Assembly (NCBI GenBank): GCA_040397175.1
Contig: JBBAWM010000004.1
Coordinates: 45,673 to 109,672, forward strand
Direction of reading: 5' to 3'
DNA from: Candidatus Limnocylindrus sp.
GTDB lineage: Bacteria; Chloroflexota; Limnocylindria; Limnocylindrales; Limnocylindraceae
Length of the DNA: 64,000 nt
The notes beneath the pieces are model-generated. The model was not told the DNA's origin and did no database searches. It saw nothing but the letters and a program-made list of their open reading frames with translations. Below are positions 42,410 through 51,626 of this stretch, piece by piece. A program made the translations under genes and the position numbers. Position 1 is the stretch's first letter. Every line of letters starts with the position of its first letter.

Positions 42410-44743
42410 TCAGGATAGGGTGTCTGGCGGCTCCACGGGGGCGCTGTCGCCCGCTCCCCAGCCGAGCGAGGTGAGGTCCAGCTGTGCGGCGTGTCGCTGC
42501 GGCGGTTCGGCCCCGAGATGCCCCTCAAGGTCGGCGAGACGTGGTGCCTCGAGGCGCGCCAGGGCGGCCACGCGATCGGCGGCGAGGAGGTGCCAGTTCC
42601 CCGCCTCCCAGGCGGCGGCGAGACGCTCATCGCCCGCTAAGCGGAGCTGCAGGAGCGGCACCAGTGCTGGCGCCAGCACAAGGAGACGAACCACTTCGCG
42701 ATCGCCAGCGATCTGCGCGTGACGCCGCAAGAGCAGATCGCCAATGGGGAGCGGTCCGGTGATCACCTCGCAGAGCAAGACGACGCGCCCGCGCGCATAG
42801 AGCACAGCGTCAATCGCATCGTAGGCGTCCCGATCGGAGCGGGTCCGCAAGGGCGGCGAAGAGTCAATCGGATCAACCGTGGCGCGCGCACCAAGCGTCC
42901 GTGCGCCAACGACTTGCGTGGCCAGGGCGGGGGCGACCGCGGCATAGAGACCCATGCGAGGACCGAGTTCGAGGAGTCCTGCAACGATGGCGAGGCGTTC
43001 ACGTTCAAGATCGGCGCGTGATGCACGCGCCGAACGCATGCCATCTGTCACCTCTGTGTACGCATCCAACATCGCGCTGCGTAGCTCTGGGCTCAACCCG
43101 ATCGGATCGGCATCAAGCGCAACGAGCGCGTCATCAATTCCGACGCCTGACTCCAACGCATCAACCAGGGAGAGGGCGACTGCATCGGCACGATCCGCGG
43201 CGGGGGTGGCTAGTCGCTCTCGCTCGGCCCGGCCCTCCACAAAGATGCGCCCGTCAGCCAACGCGATAAGTTGGTCAAATGATCCCGCGGGTCGAAGATT
43301 CGGATGAAGATCGGCAACGTTGCGCAGCTCTTGAGCGAGTGCTGCCGCATCGAGAAGCTCTCCTGAGGCATGCGCTGCACGAGCGCGCGCTGCGGCATAG
43401 GCCGGCAGGATTTGTCGCGGCGTTACGGGCTCGCCATGCGCGACCACGAGGTCACTGATGAGCGCGAGCTGACTCCGCGCCTGCGGGCCCCGCATCGGTG
43501 GCGCACCCAACTGCACTGTCACGGTAAGCCCAGGACTCCGGTCGTCGTCAAGTCGCCGGGTGACGCTTCCCGCAGCCCCCGCGAGACTGATCGCCGTCAA
43601 GACACCGGCGATCTGCTCTGGGTGCTCCTCCAGCTCAATGACCAGGAGTGGGTCGCGGTGCATGAGTGGATTCATTGCAACAAGGAGTCGGGCCAGTGCG
43701 GCGGCGATCGTTACCGCATCGTTCGATTGGAGTGCAACAAGCAGTGGGTCGGGCGCACCCTGTTCACCGGCCCAACGGGCCGCAATCGCACGATCAACCA
43801 GTTCGTCGGCACTGCCGCCTACGGTGATGCGCAGCAGCGCCACACGAATTGCAGGGGTGCGTGTGATGAGTGTTGCCAGGGAGGTCCGTGCAGCAGCTCC
43901 GCCGCGCACGACGATGGTGCCGCCCCCCGCAAAGGTGAGCGCCGAGAGATCACTGCTCATGGTGAGCTGTGGCGGCACGGGTTGAGAGGTCAAATACATG
44001 CGTCGACGGGCGTCAATGGCATCGAGAAGCGCCTGCCACGGTGCGACCTCCCACCAGGCCCGCCCCGCTCGTTGCGGTCGAGCCATCGCCACTGCCGCCT
44101 CAGTCACCGTGAGGCGCAGCGCCCCGAGCATTGCCGCACCCTCGGTCGAGCGCTCAAGGGCGCCGCTCAACGCATCGAGCGAGCGCAGCTGCCGCGTGCT
44201 CCAACGCGCCGCGGCACCGTCAATGGCGCCCGCGAAGCGGGCGTCGACGCGGGCGCGAAGAGCAGCCTCAAGATGCCCGGCAGTTGCGACCTCGCTCGGG
44301 AGCAGGGTTGCGGCATCTCCACCGCGTCGCCCCAGGGCACGGCAGGCAGCACAGGTGGCACGTCGTGCGGTGGGTTGCCCCTGCTCGCGGTCGGCATCGA
44401 GCGGATCGTCCCAGCGCCAGGCGGCGACTCGCACCACCTGCCCGCAGGCAGCACAACTGCTCTGCCATCCGGTGTCAAGCGCCTCGGAGACTGAGGCGAG
44501 AAGTTCCGCGGCAGCTGCCTCATATGCACGCACCGTCGGGGGGCGAAGCTCCGAGGCGATCGACCACTCGTCTACCGCGTCACGCGCGTGCAGGAGACTG
44601 CGCACCGCGCGTCGCACGCTCGCCAGCGCCAAGGCGCCACTCCGTGCGGTGAGGTCAACCGTGAGCTGATCCCGGACTGGCGCAGCGGCACTCGATGCGG
44701 TGGGCGCAAGTGCGGCGGAGAGTCGGGCGGCACTCCTGTCCAC
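42410..44743 (-). CDS. Large hypothetical protein with a C4 zinc site; possibly an eroded DNA methyltransferase-like plus PD-(D/E)XK-like fusion
   Basis: 777 aa with a good SD. Contains two CAAC motifs (the first followed by G) and a C-terminal LG..MG...IDAVLY..G....CEV pattern. Function is speculative. Confidence 0.55.
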   Translation of the reverse strand: MDRSAARLSAALAPTASSAAAPVRDQLTVDLTARSGALALASVRRAVRSLLHARDAVDEWSIASELRPPTVRAYEAAAAELLASVSEALDTGWQSSCAACGQVVRVAAWRWDDPLDADREQGQPTARRATCAACRALGRRGGDAATLLPSEVATAGHLEAALRARVDARFAGAIDGAAARWSTRQLRSLDALSGALERSTEGAAMLGALRLTVTEAAVAMARPQRAGRAWWEVAPWQALLDAIDARRRMYLTSQPVPPQLTMSSDLSALTFAGGGTIVVRGGAAARTSLATLITRTPAIRVALLRITVGGSADELVDRAIAARWAGEQGAPDPLLVALQSNDAVTIAAALARLLVAMNPLMHRDPLLVIELEEHPEQIAGVLTAISLAGAAGSVTRRLDDDRSPGLTVTVQLGAPPMRGPQARSQLALISDLVVAHGEPVTPRQILPAYAAARARAAHASGELLDAAALAQELRNVADLHPNLRPAGSFDQLIALADGRIFVEGRAERERLATPAADRADAVALSLVDALESGVGIDDALVALDADPIGLSPELRSAMLDAYTEVTDGMRSARASRADLERERLAIVAGLLELGPRMGLYAAVAPALATQVVGARTLGARATVDPIDSSPPLRTRSDRDAYDAIDAVLYARGRVVLLCEVITGPLPIGDLLLRRHAQIAGDREVVRLLVLAPALVPLLQLRLAGDERLAAAWEAGNWHLLAADRVAALARLEAPRLADLEGHLGAEPPQRHAAQLDLTSLGWGAGDSAPVEPPDTLS

Positions 44744-44768
44744 GTGAACGCCCTCTCCCTACCTGTGA

Positions 44769-45644
44769 CTAATCGTCGTTGCTGCCAGCCTCTTCACTCT
44801 CGGGAAGGAACGCATCGTCAGAGGTCTTCTCTGGCGGCTCAACGCTCGGTCGCTCGGCGATCGGCGTCTCCTCTTCGTACGTATCCTCATCATCGTCGCC
44901 GAAGCCCTCGTCATCACGGAAGAACGAGCCCTTCGTATAGGGTCGCTCGTCACTGGTGCGCGTGGCTGTTGGGAACGAGACCTTGCCGACATTGCCAGCG
45001 CTGACATGCTCTTCGCGAATGATGATGCGAATGTCGCCGCCACTGATCGAGGTGATCCCCGACGTGTAGCTGTTGCCATCGCCGATCAACTTGACGAGTC
45101 GCGCCGCGATGCGCGGCTCGACGCGGCCAATCTGCACACCGTTCGCCTTGGCGATCAGCCGATTGCCGAGGACGACTAGCTCGACGGAGTCACCAGGGTT
45201 GACCTGTGCGAGGGTTCCAGCGTCGGTGACATGCGTGAGGGCCGCGAAGCCTGTCGTGCCCGCCTCTTGGATGAAGATGCCGGCGGGCGTTGTTGCCCCC
45301 TCGGTGCTCGCGGTGGTCTTCTTGCCGACCTGCTTGATCAAGCCCTTCAGGCGCTCTAGGTTGCGCTCGGCGATGCGATTGAGCGGATCAAGGGCGAGGG
45401 TGGCCTGATACTCCTTCTTGGAGCCAGCAAGGTCGCCCTGCTCCCAGAGGCATTTGGCGAGTCGGTTCTGCGCCTCGACGCGCTCCTCAACCTTAATGGT
45501 GTCACCCAGCGCGAGGATCGCGGTGTTCGCCTCGCTTGCATCCTTCCAGCGTCCCTCTGAGGCCGCCTTCAGCGCGATGTCAGCCTGCTCCTTGGCGGTG
45601 CGGCTCGGCTTCTGGGTGGTTGGGGTCTCGTTGGCGAGGGTCAC
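44769..45644 (-). CDS. TPR protein with a HIRAN-like domain and an acidic tail
   Basis: SD GAGGAGG before GTG 45644. TPR helices (A.NRLAK...G....Y...L.LDP.N.IA), a PGD.VEL...IG.V....A..L....Y pattern and a D/E-rich tail. Confidence 0.7.
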   Translation of the reverse strand: MTLANETPTTQKPSRTAKEQADIALKAASEGRWKDASEANTAILALGDTIKVEERVEAQNRLAKCLWEQGDLAGSKKEYQATLALDPLNRIAERNLERLKGLIKQVGKKTTASTEGATTPAGIFIQEAGTTGFAALTHVTDAGTLAQVNPGDSVELVVLGNRLIAKANGVQIGRVEPRIAARLVKLIGDGNSYTSGITSISGGDIRIIIREEHVSAGNVGKVSFPTATRTSDERPYTKGSFFRDDEGFGDDDEDTYEEETPIAERPSVEPPEKTSDDAFLPESEEAGSNDD

Positions 45645-45715
45645 GGGCTCCTCCTCAATAAAGCGCATGCGGGTTGATGCCCCCCGCTCTGCTGTTGCGG
45701 AAGGATAGCCGATCG

Positions 45716-46612
45716 CTAGCGACCGACCCCGATCCAGAGGAGGGCGACCCCCGTGGCGAGCGTGAGCGCAAGGATTTCAAAGACGAGGCGTGGGTCGCGG
45801 CGCTCCCCCTCTGGGGTTGCTGCCCAGATCTCCCGGGCATAGAAGAGGACCGCCAGGCCAGCTGGCCCAGCCAGCCGCGCAACACCAACGGTGGCAAAGA
45901 GGATGGAGGCGGCACCGTTGAGGGCCGCAGCGCCGAGGGCGTCGCGCGCGATCGCGGAGGTCCGCTCCCGACGAACGCTCGACATTCCTGCAGCGAGGAG
46001 GGCCGCGACCGCGGCGCTGCCGAGGCCAACGGCGAGGATGGCGAGTGGCCCAACGGGATCTGGGCGCGCCGAAGGGGTGCTCGGAAGCGACACGATCCCT
46101 GGAACTAGGGCAGAGATGCCGATGGATGCGGCGAAGAGGACGAGGGTAAAGACCGCCAAGCTGGCAACACGATCACGGTGCAGTGCGCCGCTGCCGCTGC
46201 GGCGGAGGCGCAGCTCCCACTCCACGACGGCGCGCAAGATGCCGATCCCTGCGGTGATCGCGATCACTGCGCCGATCCCGGTTGGGACGAGCCGGACCAC
46301 TCCAGCGGTGGCCAGGGCGATCAGGCCGCCAAGCATTACCTCCGCGCCGATTGGCAGGTCACGAACCTCAGCGCGGCGCACGGCGTTCACCCCAACCGCA
46401 CCCAGCAGGGCGGCGGCGGCGCCAGCCAAGACCGTCCCCGGGCCGGTTGCAAAATGGGCAACACCTGCGGCAACACCAACGGCAACGATGGTCTCCGCCC
46501 ATGGGCGCGTGACCTCAACCTCGCCAAACTCGGCCGCCGTATCCGTCAGGGCCGCCAAGCGTGCGGCGGCGAGGGAGCGAGCGTCACGGCGGGTCGATCT
46601 TGATTGAGACAT
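45716..46612 (-). CDS. Hypothetical polytopic membrane protein
   Basis: Multiple hydrophobic segments; ATG lies 7 nt after a -10-like TACCCT. Confidence 0.7.
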   Translation of the reverse strand: MSQSRSTRRDARSLAAARLAALTDTAAEFGEVEVTRPWAETIVAVGVAAGVAHFATGPGTVLAGAAAALLGAVGVNAVRRAEVRDLPIGAEVMLGGLIALATAGVVRLVPTGIGAVIAITAGIGILRAVVEWELRLRRSGSGALHRDRVASLAVFTLVLFAASIGISALVPGIVSLPSTPSARPDPVGPLAILAVGLGSAAVAALLAAGMSSVRRERTSAIARDALGAAALNGAASILFATVGVARLAGPAGLAVLFYAREIWAATPEGERRDPRLVFEILALTLATGVALLWIGVGR

Positions 46613-46694
46613 CTAGTCAAGGGTAGCGCGAGCGAGGGCTCCCGCGTAGACTCCTCGTGACCGCAGGAGCCGGCGCACAGTATTGGAGGGCAGC

Positions 46695-48071
46695 ATGCTC
46701 CACCTCTCACGATTGATCGGGCGACCCGTTCGCGACAGCAGCGCCGACGCGATCGGTGTCATTGATGACCTGATCGCGGCGGTAGGCACCAGCCATCCCC
46801 CCATTACGGGGCTCGTGGTCCGAACTGGGCGTCGCCGTATCTACCTCGGCTGGAGCAGCGTTGAGCGCATGGACGCCGCTGGCGCCACGATCTCGGCAAC
46901 CCGCGTCAATATCAGCCGCTTCCGACGTCGCGAAGACGAAATCCTTCTGAAGGGTGACCTGCTCGACAAGCAGATCGTTGATATCGACGGCCGTAAGGTG
47001 GTGCGCGCCAACGACGTCATCCTCGACTTCGTCGAAGGGGCGATGCGCCTTGTCGCCGTCGACGTGGGCACTGCAGGGCTCTTACGCCGGCTCGGACTGC
47101 CAGATAGCTGGGTCAATCGCCTCTCAGGTGAGCAGTCGCGCGTCGCCTCGTACATCGACTGGGAGGATGTCGATCCGCTCGGCTCCACCATTGCCAGCGT
47201 GCGGCTGCGGGTTCCGCACGCGGGTCTCTCTGAGCTGCACCCGGCGGACCTCGCGACGATCGTGGACCAGCTCACGCCGCGAGATCGCGCCGACATCTTC
47301 AATACCCTTGATGAAGAGGTCGCCGCAGAGGCGCTCGAAGAGTTGGAGCCTGAGACGCGTACCGATCTGCTTGAAGATCTTGAGCCAGAGCGCGCCGCTG
47401 ACCTGTTGGAGGAGATGAGCCCCGACGAAGCGGCCGACGCCGTCGCCGAACTCTCACCACTCAGCCGCAAGGAGATCTTGCGCCTGATGACGAAGGAAGA
47501 GCGTGACGATGTTCAGGAGCTGCTGGCGCACCCCGAGAAGAGCGCGGGCGGGTTGATGACCACGGAGCATGTGGCGTTGCGTCCGCAGGCGACCGCCGCA
47601 GAGGCGCTTGCCGCAATTCGCCGTCATGAGCCCGACGCCGAGGTTGCCTTTGCGGTGTATGTCGTTGATGGTCGTCGCCGCCTGCTCGGTGAGGTGACGC
47701 TGCGCGACCTAGTACTCGCCGCACCAACTGCAACCGTTGGCGAGTTAATGGAGGACGAACCAGTCGCCGTGGAGCTCCTCGCTCACTCCGATGAGGTTGC
47801 GCGCGTCGTCACTCGATACGGGCTCGTCGCCGTCCCCGTGGTGGATGCGTCACACCGGCTCATGGGGGTCATCACGGTGAGCGATGCCCTGTGGGATGTC
47901 CTCCCCGAAGAGTGGCGCCGTGAGATGCCACGCCGCCTCCATGCAGATAGCCTCGCCGCAGCTGGCCCGCAAGAGCTCCCCGCACGCACGACCGCAAAGC
48001 GTGGTGCCAAATCGACGGTGAAGTCGCGGAAGGCAGCGCCACGCAAGAGGGGCGCGGCGAAGCGTGCCTGA
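46695..48071 (+). CDS. PRC-barrel + MgtE N-terminal + CBS-pair cytosolic protein with no TM domain
   Basis: LLDKQIVDIDG.KVVR.ND, LHPADLA, EM.PD.AAD, AGGLMTT and CBS G.ITV.D motifs. Confidence 0.88.
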   Translation: MLHLSRLIGRPVRDSSADAIGVIDDLIAAVGTSHPPITGLVVRTGRRRIYLGWSSVERMDAAGATISATRVNISRFRRREDEILLKGDLLDKQIVDIDGRKVVRANDVILDFVEGAMRLVAVDVGTAGLLRRLGLPDSWVNRLSGEQSRVASYIDWEDVDPLGSTIASVRLRVPHAGLSELHPADLATIVDQLTPRDRADIFNTLDEEVAAEALEELEPETRTDLLEDLEPERAADLLEEMSPDEAADAVAELSPLSRKEILRLMTKEERDDVQELLAHPEKSAGGLMTTEHVALRPQATAAEALAAIRRHEPDAEVAFAVYVVDGRRRLLGEVTLRDLVLAAPTATVGELMEDEPVAVELLAHSDEVARVVTRYGLVAVPVVDASHRLMGVITVSDALWDVLPEEWRREMPRRLHADSLAAAGPQELPARTTAKRGAKSTVKSRKAAPRKRGAAKRA

Positions 48072-49329
48072 GTTTCGGGTGCGTGAACTCTTTCGTCGTC
48101 GGCGCGGCGCATTTGCCTTCCTCGCGGTTGTTGGCCCGGGCCTGATCGCCGGCGTGGCGGGGAATGATGCTGGCGGCATCACCACCTACGCGACCCTCGG
48201 CTCGCAGACTGGCCTTCGCTTCTTGTGGATTCTCCCCCTCACGGCGCTGCTACTCGCTCTCGTGCAAGAGTCGGTGGCACGCCTCGGCGTTGTAACGGGG
48301 CAAGGGCTCTCCGACCTGATCCGCGAACGATTCGGCGTGCGTTGGGCACTCTTCGCCATGGTGGTGCTCCTGCTGGCAAACCTGGCAAACACCGTCGCGA
48401 ACGTTGCCGGTGCCGCATCGGCAATGGCGATCTTCAACGTACCGATCCTGCTCACTGCACCACTCGCCGCACTGATCGTGTGGCTGCTCGTGGTGTACGG
48501 CACCTATCGCAGCGTCGAGCGCATCTTCTTGGCGCTCACCGCCGTCTTCTTGGCCTACATCGCCGCCGCACTCTTGGCGAATCCGAACTGGGCTACCGTT
48601 GCCGCATCGCTCACCACGCCGAACCTTGGTGGCGTCTCGGGGGCGGAGATGCTCCTCCTCGTGGCGGTCGTTGGTACAACCGTGACGCCATACATGCAGT
48701 TCTACCTGCAGTCCGCGGTAGCCGAGAAGGGGATCGGCGTCGAAGCGCTTGGTGCAGCGCGCGCCGACGCGATCCTCGGATCAATTTGGACGAACTTCAT
48801 CGCCGCCTGCGTGGTGATTGCGACCGCGGTTGCGCTCGGATCCCTCGGCAAGCCGATCGCCTCCGCCGCGGAGGCGGCGGTGGCCCTCGAACCGCTCGCC
48901 GGATCGTTCTCAAAGATCCTCTTTGGCGCTGGCCTCTTTGGAGCGAGCCTCTTGGCGATGGCGATCATGCCGCTGACCACCGCCTTCGCCCTCTCTGAGG
49001 CCTTCGGCTTCGAATCGGGGGTCGATAAGCGGCTGCGCGAGGCACCAATCTTCTACGGCATCTTCACCGCGATCTTGGCCATTGGCGCAATCGTGGTGAT
49101 GCTCCCTGGGCTGAATCCGATCGGCGCGATCATCAGCAGCCAATACCTGCAAGGGCTCTTCCTGCCCATCGTGCTCGCCTTCATCGTGAAGCTCACGAGC
49201 AGCAAGTCGCTTCTTGGTGAGCACGTATCGCCGCGCTGGCTGCGGTTGGTGGGCTGGGGCTCCGTCGCAATCCTTGCGATCCTCAACGTTGGGATCGTGC
49301 TCGTCAACCTGATCGGTATCGCCGCCTAG
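48064..49329 (+). CDS. NRAMP-related divalent cation (probably Mg2+) transporter
   Basis: GPGLI...AGNDAGGITTY, RLG.VTG.G...LIRERFG and GTT.TPYM.F motifs. Confidence 0.88.
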   Translation: MPEFRVRELFRRRRGAFAFLAVVGPGLIAGVAGNDAGGITTYATLGSQTGLRFLWILPLTALLLALVQESVARLGVVTGQGLSDLIRERFGVRWALFAMVVLLLANLANTVANVAGAASAMAIFNVPILLTAPLAALIVWLLVVYGTYRSVERIFLALTAVFLAYIAAALLANPNWATVAASLTTPNLGGVSGAEMLLLVAVVGTTVTPYMQFYLQSAVAEKGIGVEALGAARADAILGSIWTNFIAACVVIATAVALGSLGKPIASAAEAAVALEPLAGSFSKILFGAGLFGASLLAMAIMPLTTAFALSEAFGFESGVDKRLREAPIFYGIFTAILAIGAIVVMLPGLNPIGAIISSQYLQGLFLPIVLAFIVKLTSSKSLLGEHVSPRWLRLVGWGSVAILAILNVGIVLVNLIGIAA

Positions 49330-49358
49330 GCGCAAGCGTCGCGTCGCGCAGATCCGCG

Positions 49359-50837
49359 CTACGGCGTGACTGGTGGGCCTTCGTTGAGGTGACCAGCAAC
49401 TGGCCCAAAGTATTGGGCGAGCCAGGTCTTGGTACACGTTACCGTTGCGGCAAACTTTGCTGGCGTTGGCGAGAATCGCATGTTCCCTCCGGCAAGCACG
49501 CACTTATGCAGGCTGTCGGTCCCCCCAGACATCAAGAGCGACTTCCAACCACCTGCCGCATCGGGACCGATCGCGAGTGCGGGCTGTGCATGGGCAATCA
49601 CGCCATAGATTGCCGCGACGTTGGCGCGCGTGATCGTGCCGCGCACCAGTGGTGGACCCTTGCGATACCAGCGCAGGTCCATGAGCGAGGCGAGTGTTGC
49701 GGCCTTGAATGGGCCATCAGCGCCCTGCTCTAGGAGTCGCAGGGTGATCCCCGCCACGATCCGCTGGTGCCGGAGTGCGCGTGGCCCAACGTCGTCGTAG
49801 TAGCGCGCGCGGCTAAAGCCGGTCCAGAGGTTCGTCGGCACCTTGAAGGCGCAGCTAATGTTTCCCGCTGCGCTCAGCGCCGTATCGAGCGGGCATGAGG
49901 CGTTGACGAAGTACGGACTCGTGCTGCGTACGCTCTTCGTGGTGGCGGGCTCCTTGCAATCGGCGTAACTCCAACCGTTGACCCTGCTCCCCGGATAATT
50001 ATCAGCCTTGCCTGGGCGCAGATAGAGTAGGTCGCCATACACGGCATCCGATGAGAGCTCATGGTCGCCAAAGGAGGCGCCAGCACCCTTCGTCTTGCGG
50101 AGCGTGTTCTGACGACAGCTGGCGAAGCGGGTGCGATCGTCGAGGTGCACGATGGTGTCGGCAGGTGCGATGGAGTCGAGCATGGCGCCCATAAAGTCTG
50201 CGGTGCCGAAGGTGCTTAGCGTCCAGTCATCGATCTCAATGCCGAGCGCCCAAGAGAAGTTCTCGGCGACCATGCTCGCAGCGACGATGCTGCGCTCCCA
50301 GGCTCGCTTCTTATCCCACGATGCCTTCTGCGTTGCGTTCATGGTGGCGCGCACACACTGTTGGGCGCGCACGAAGAGGGCGTTGATCTTGTCGGTGAAG
50401 GTCTTGGAGCCAGCGCGGCAGAACCCCTTTGCGAGCGATGGTTTGAGTGGGAACCCATAGAGGTCGCGCGGAATGCTATAGGCGGCGGTTTGGCCACTGA
50501 ATGAATCCACGGTGAGGAGCATCATCACGTCGGTGCGCTCGGAGCCGAGCTGGTCCTGGGGAACCTTTGCCGTTGCATCGTTCGCAGCCGACCAGGTCCA
50601 GTCCGGTGCACCAACGCTCCCCTGGGCACAGCGCTCCGCGGTCTTGTCCATCAGCGAGCCACCGCACCGCTTGTCGCTGCCGAGGAAGAGGAGCGTGTAG
50701 CGGCCGTCGGTACCGAGCACGTTCGTCGGCGTGGCGGCCACTGGGCTTGGCGGCGTACTGGCCCACACGAGGGTGACGGCGAAGATCGTCGCCAGCAGGG
50801 CGACCGCGAGTGCGTACGGGCGAGCGGTACGCGCCAC
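49359..50837 (-). CDS. Divergent Cys-rich LCP-family protein with an N-terminal signal/anchor
   Basis: LFLGSD, ERTDVMML, SIPRD, KINA and SRAR..D...R..RHQ motifs. The GTG start overlaps the fabG stop. Confidence 0.75.
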   Translation of the reverse strand: MARTARPYALAVALLATIFAVTLVWASTPPSPVAATPTNVLGTDGRYTLLFLGSDKRCGGSLMDKTAERCAQGSVGAPDWTWSAANDATAKVPQDQLGSERTDVMMLLTVDSFSGQTAAYSIPRDLYGFPLKPSLAKGFCRAGSKTFTDKINALFVRAQQCVRATMNATQKASWDKKRAWERSIVAASMVAENFSWALGIEIDDWTLSTFGTADFMGAMLDSIAPADTIVHLDDRTRFASCRQNTLRKTKGAGASFGDHELSSDAVYGDLLYLRPGKADNYPGSRVNGWSYADCKEPATTKSVRSTSPYFVNASCPLDTALSAAGNISCAFKVPTNLWTGFSRARYYDDVGPRALRHQRIVAGITLRLLEQGADGPFKAATLASLMDLRWYRKGPPLVRGTITRANVAAIYGVIAHAQPALAIGPDAAGGWKSLLMSGGTDSLHKCVLAGGNMRFSPTPAKFAATVTCTKTWLAQYFGPVAGHLNEGPPVTP

Positions 50838-51586
50838 TACATCATCACCAGGCCACCGTCGACGCCGAGCACCTGCCCGGTAACGTACGAGGCCTCGCGC
50901 GATGCAAGGTAGATCACCGCGGCGGCGATCTCGTGCGGCTCGCCGAAGCGGCCGAGCGGGGTGGCCGTCTTGACCCCCTCCTTGATTGCCTCAGGGAGAT
51001 CGGCGGTGAGTTCGGTGACGATGAAGCCTGGCGCAACCGCGTTCACGGTGATGCCACGGCTGGCAACTTCGCGGGCGGTGGCCTTGGTGAGACCGATCAT
51101 GCCAGCCTTCGCCGAGCTGTAGTTCGCCTGGCCGGCGTTCCCCGCCTGGCCCGAGACGCTCGTGATGTTCACGATGCGACCACTCTTGGCGCGCAGCATC
51201 TCCTTCACGGCGGCCTTGGTCATGTAGAAGGCGCCCGAAAGATTCGTGTCGATGACCTCGCGCCACTGCTCTGGCGTCATGCGCAAGATCAACGTGTCGC
51301 GAGTGATGCCGGCGTTATTCACGAGCAGGTCGACCTTGCCGAAGCTCTCCATTGCCTTGGCGACAACGGCGACGGCGCTGTCGGGATCGGCGGCGTCAGC
51401 CTGGAGCGCTACCGCCTTGCGACCCTTGGCGGTGATCTCGGCGACCACGGCGTCGGCAGCAGCAGTGTTCCCCTTATAGGTAATCAACACGTCGGCGCCA
51501 GCGTCGGCGAGGGCAACCGCAATGGCGCGACCGATGCCTCGGGCGCCTCCGGTCACGATCGCGGCGTATCCGTTGAGTTCAAACAT
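50837..51586 (-). CDS. fabG: 3-oxoacyl-ACP reductase
   Basis: TGGARGIG, NNAGITRD, GQANYSSAK and VDGG motifs. Confidence 0.95.
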   Translation of the reverse strand: MFELNGYAAIVTGGARGIGRAIAVALADAGADVLITYKGNTAAADAVVAEITAKGRKAVALQADAADPDSAVAVVAKAMESFGKVDLLVNNAGITRDTLILRMTPEQWREVIDTNLSGAFYMTKAAVKEMLRAKSGRIVNITSVSGQAGNAGQANYSSAKAGMIGLTKATAREVASRGITVNAVAPGFIVTELTADLPEAIKEGVKTATPLGRFGEPHEIAAAVIYLASREASYVTGQVLGVDGGLVMM

Positions 51587-51626
51587 GGAACCTCCTCTGT
51601 TGAGACTGTTGTCGCTAGTGTCGCGC

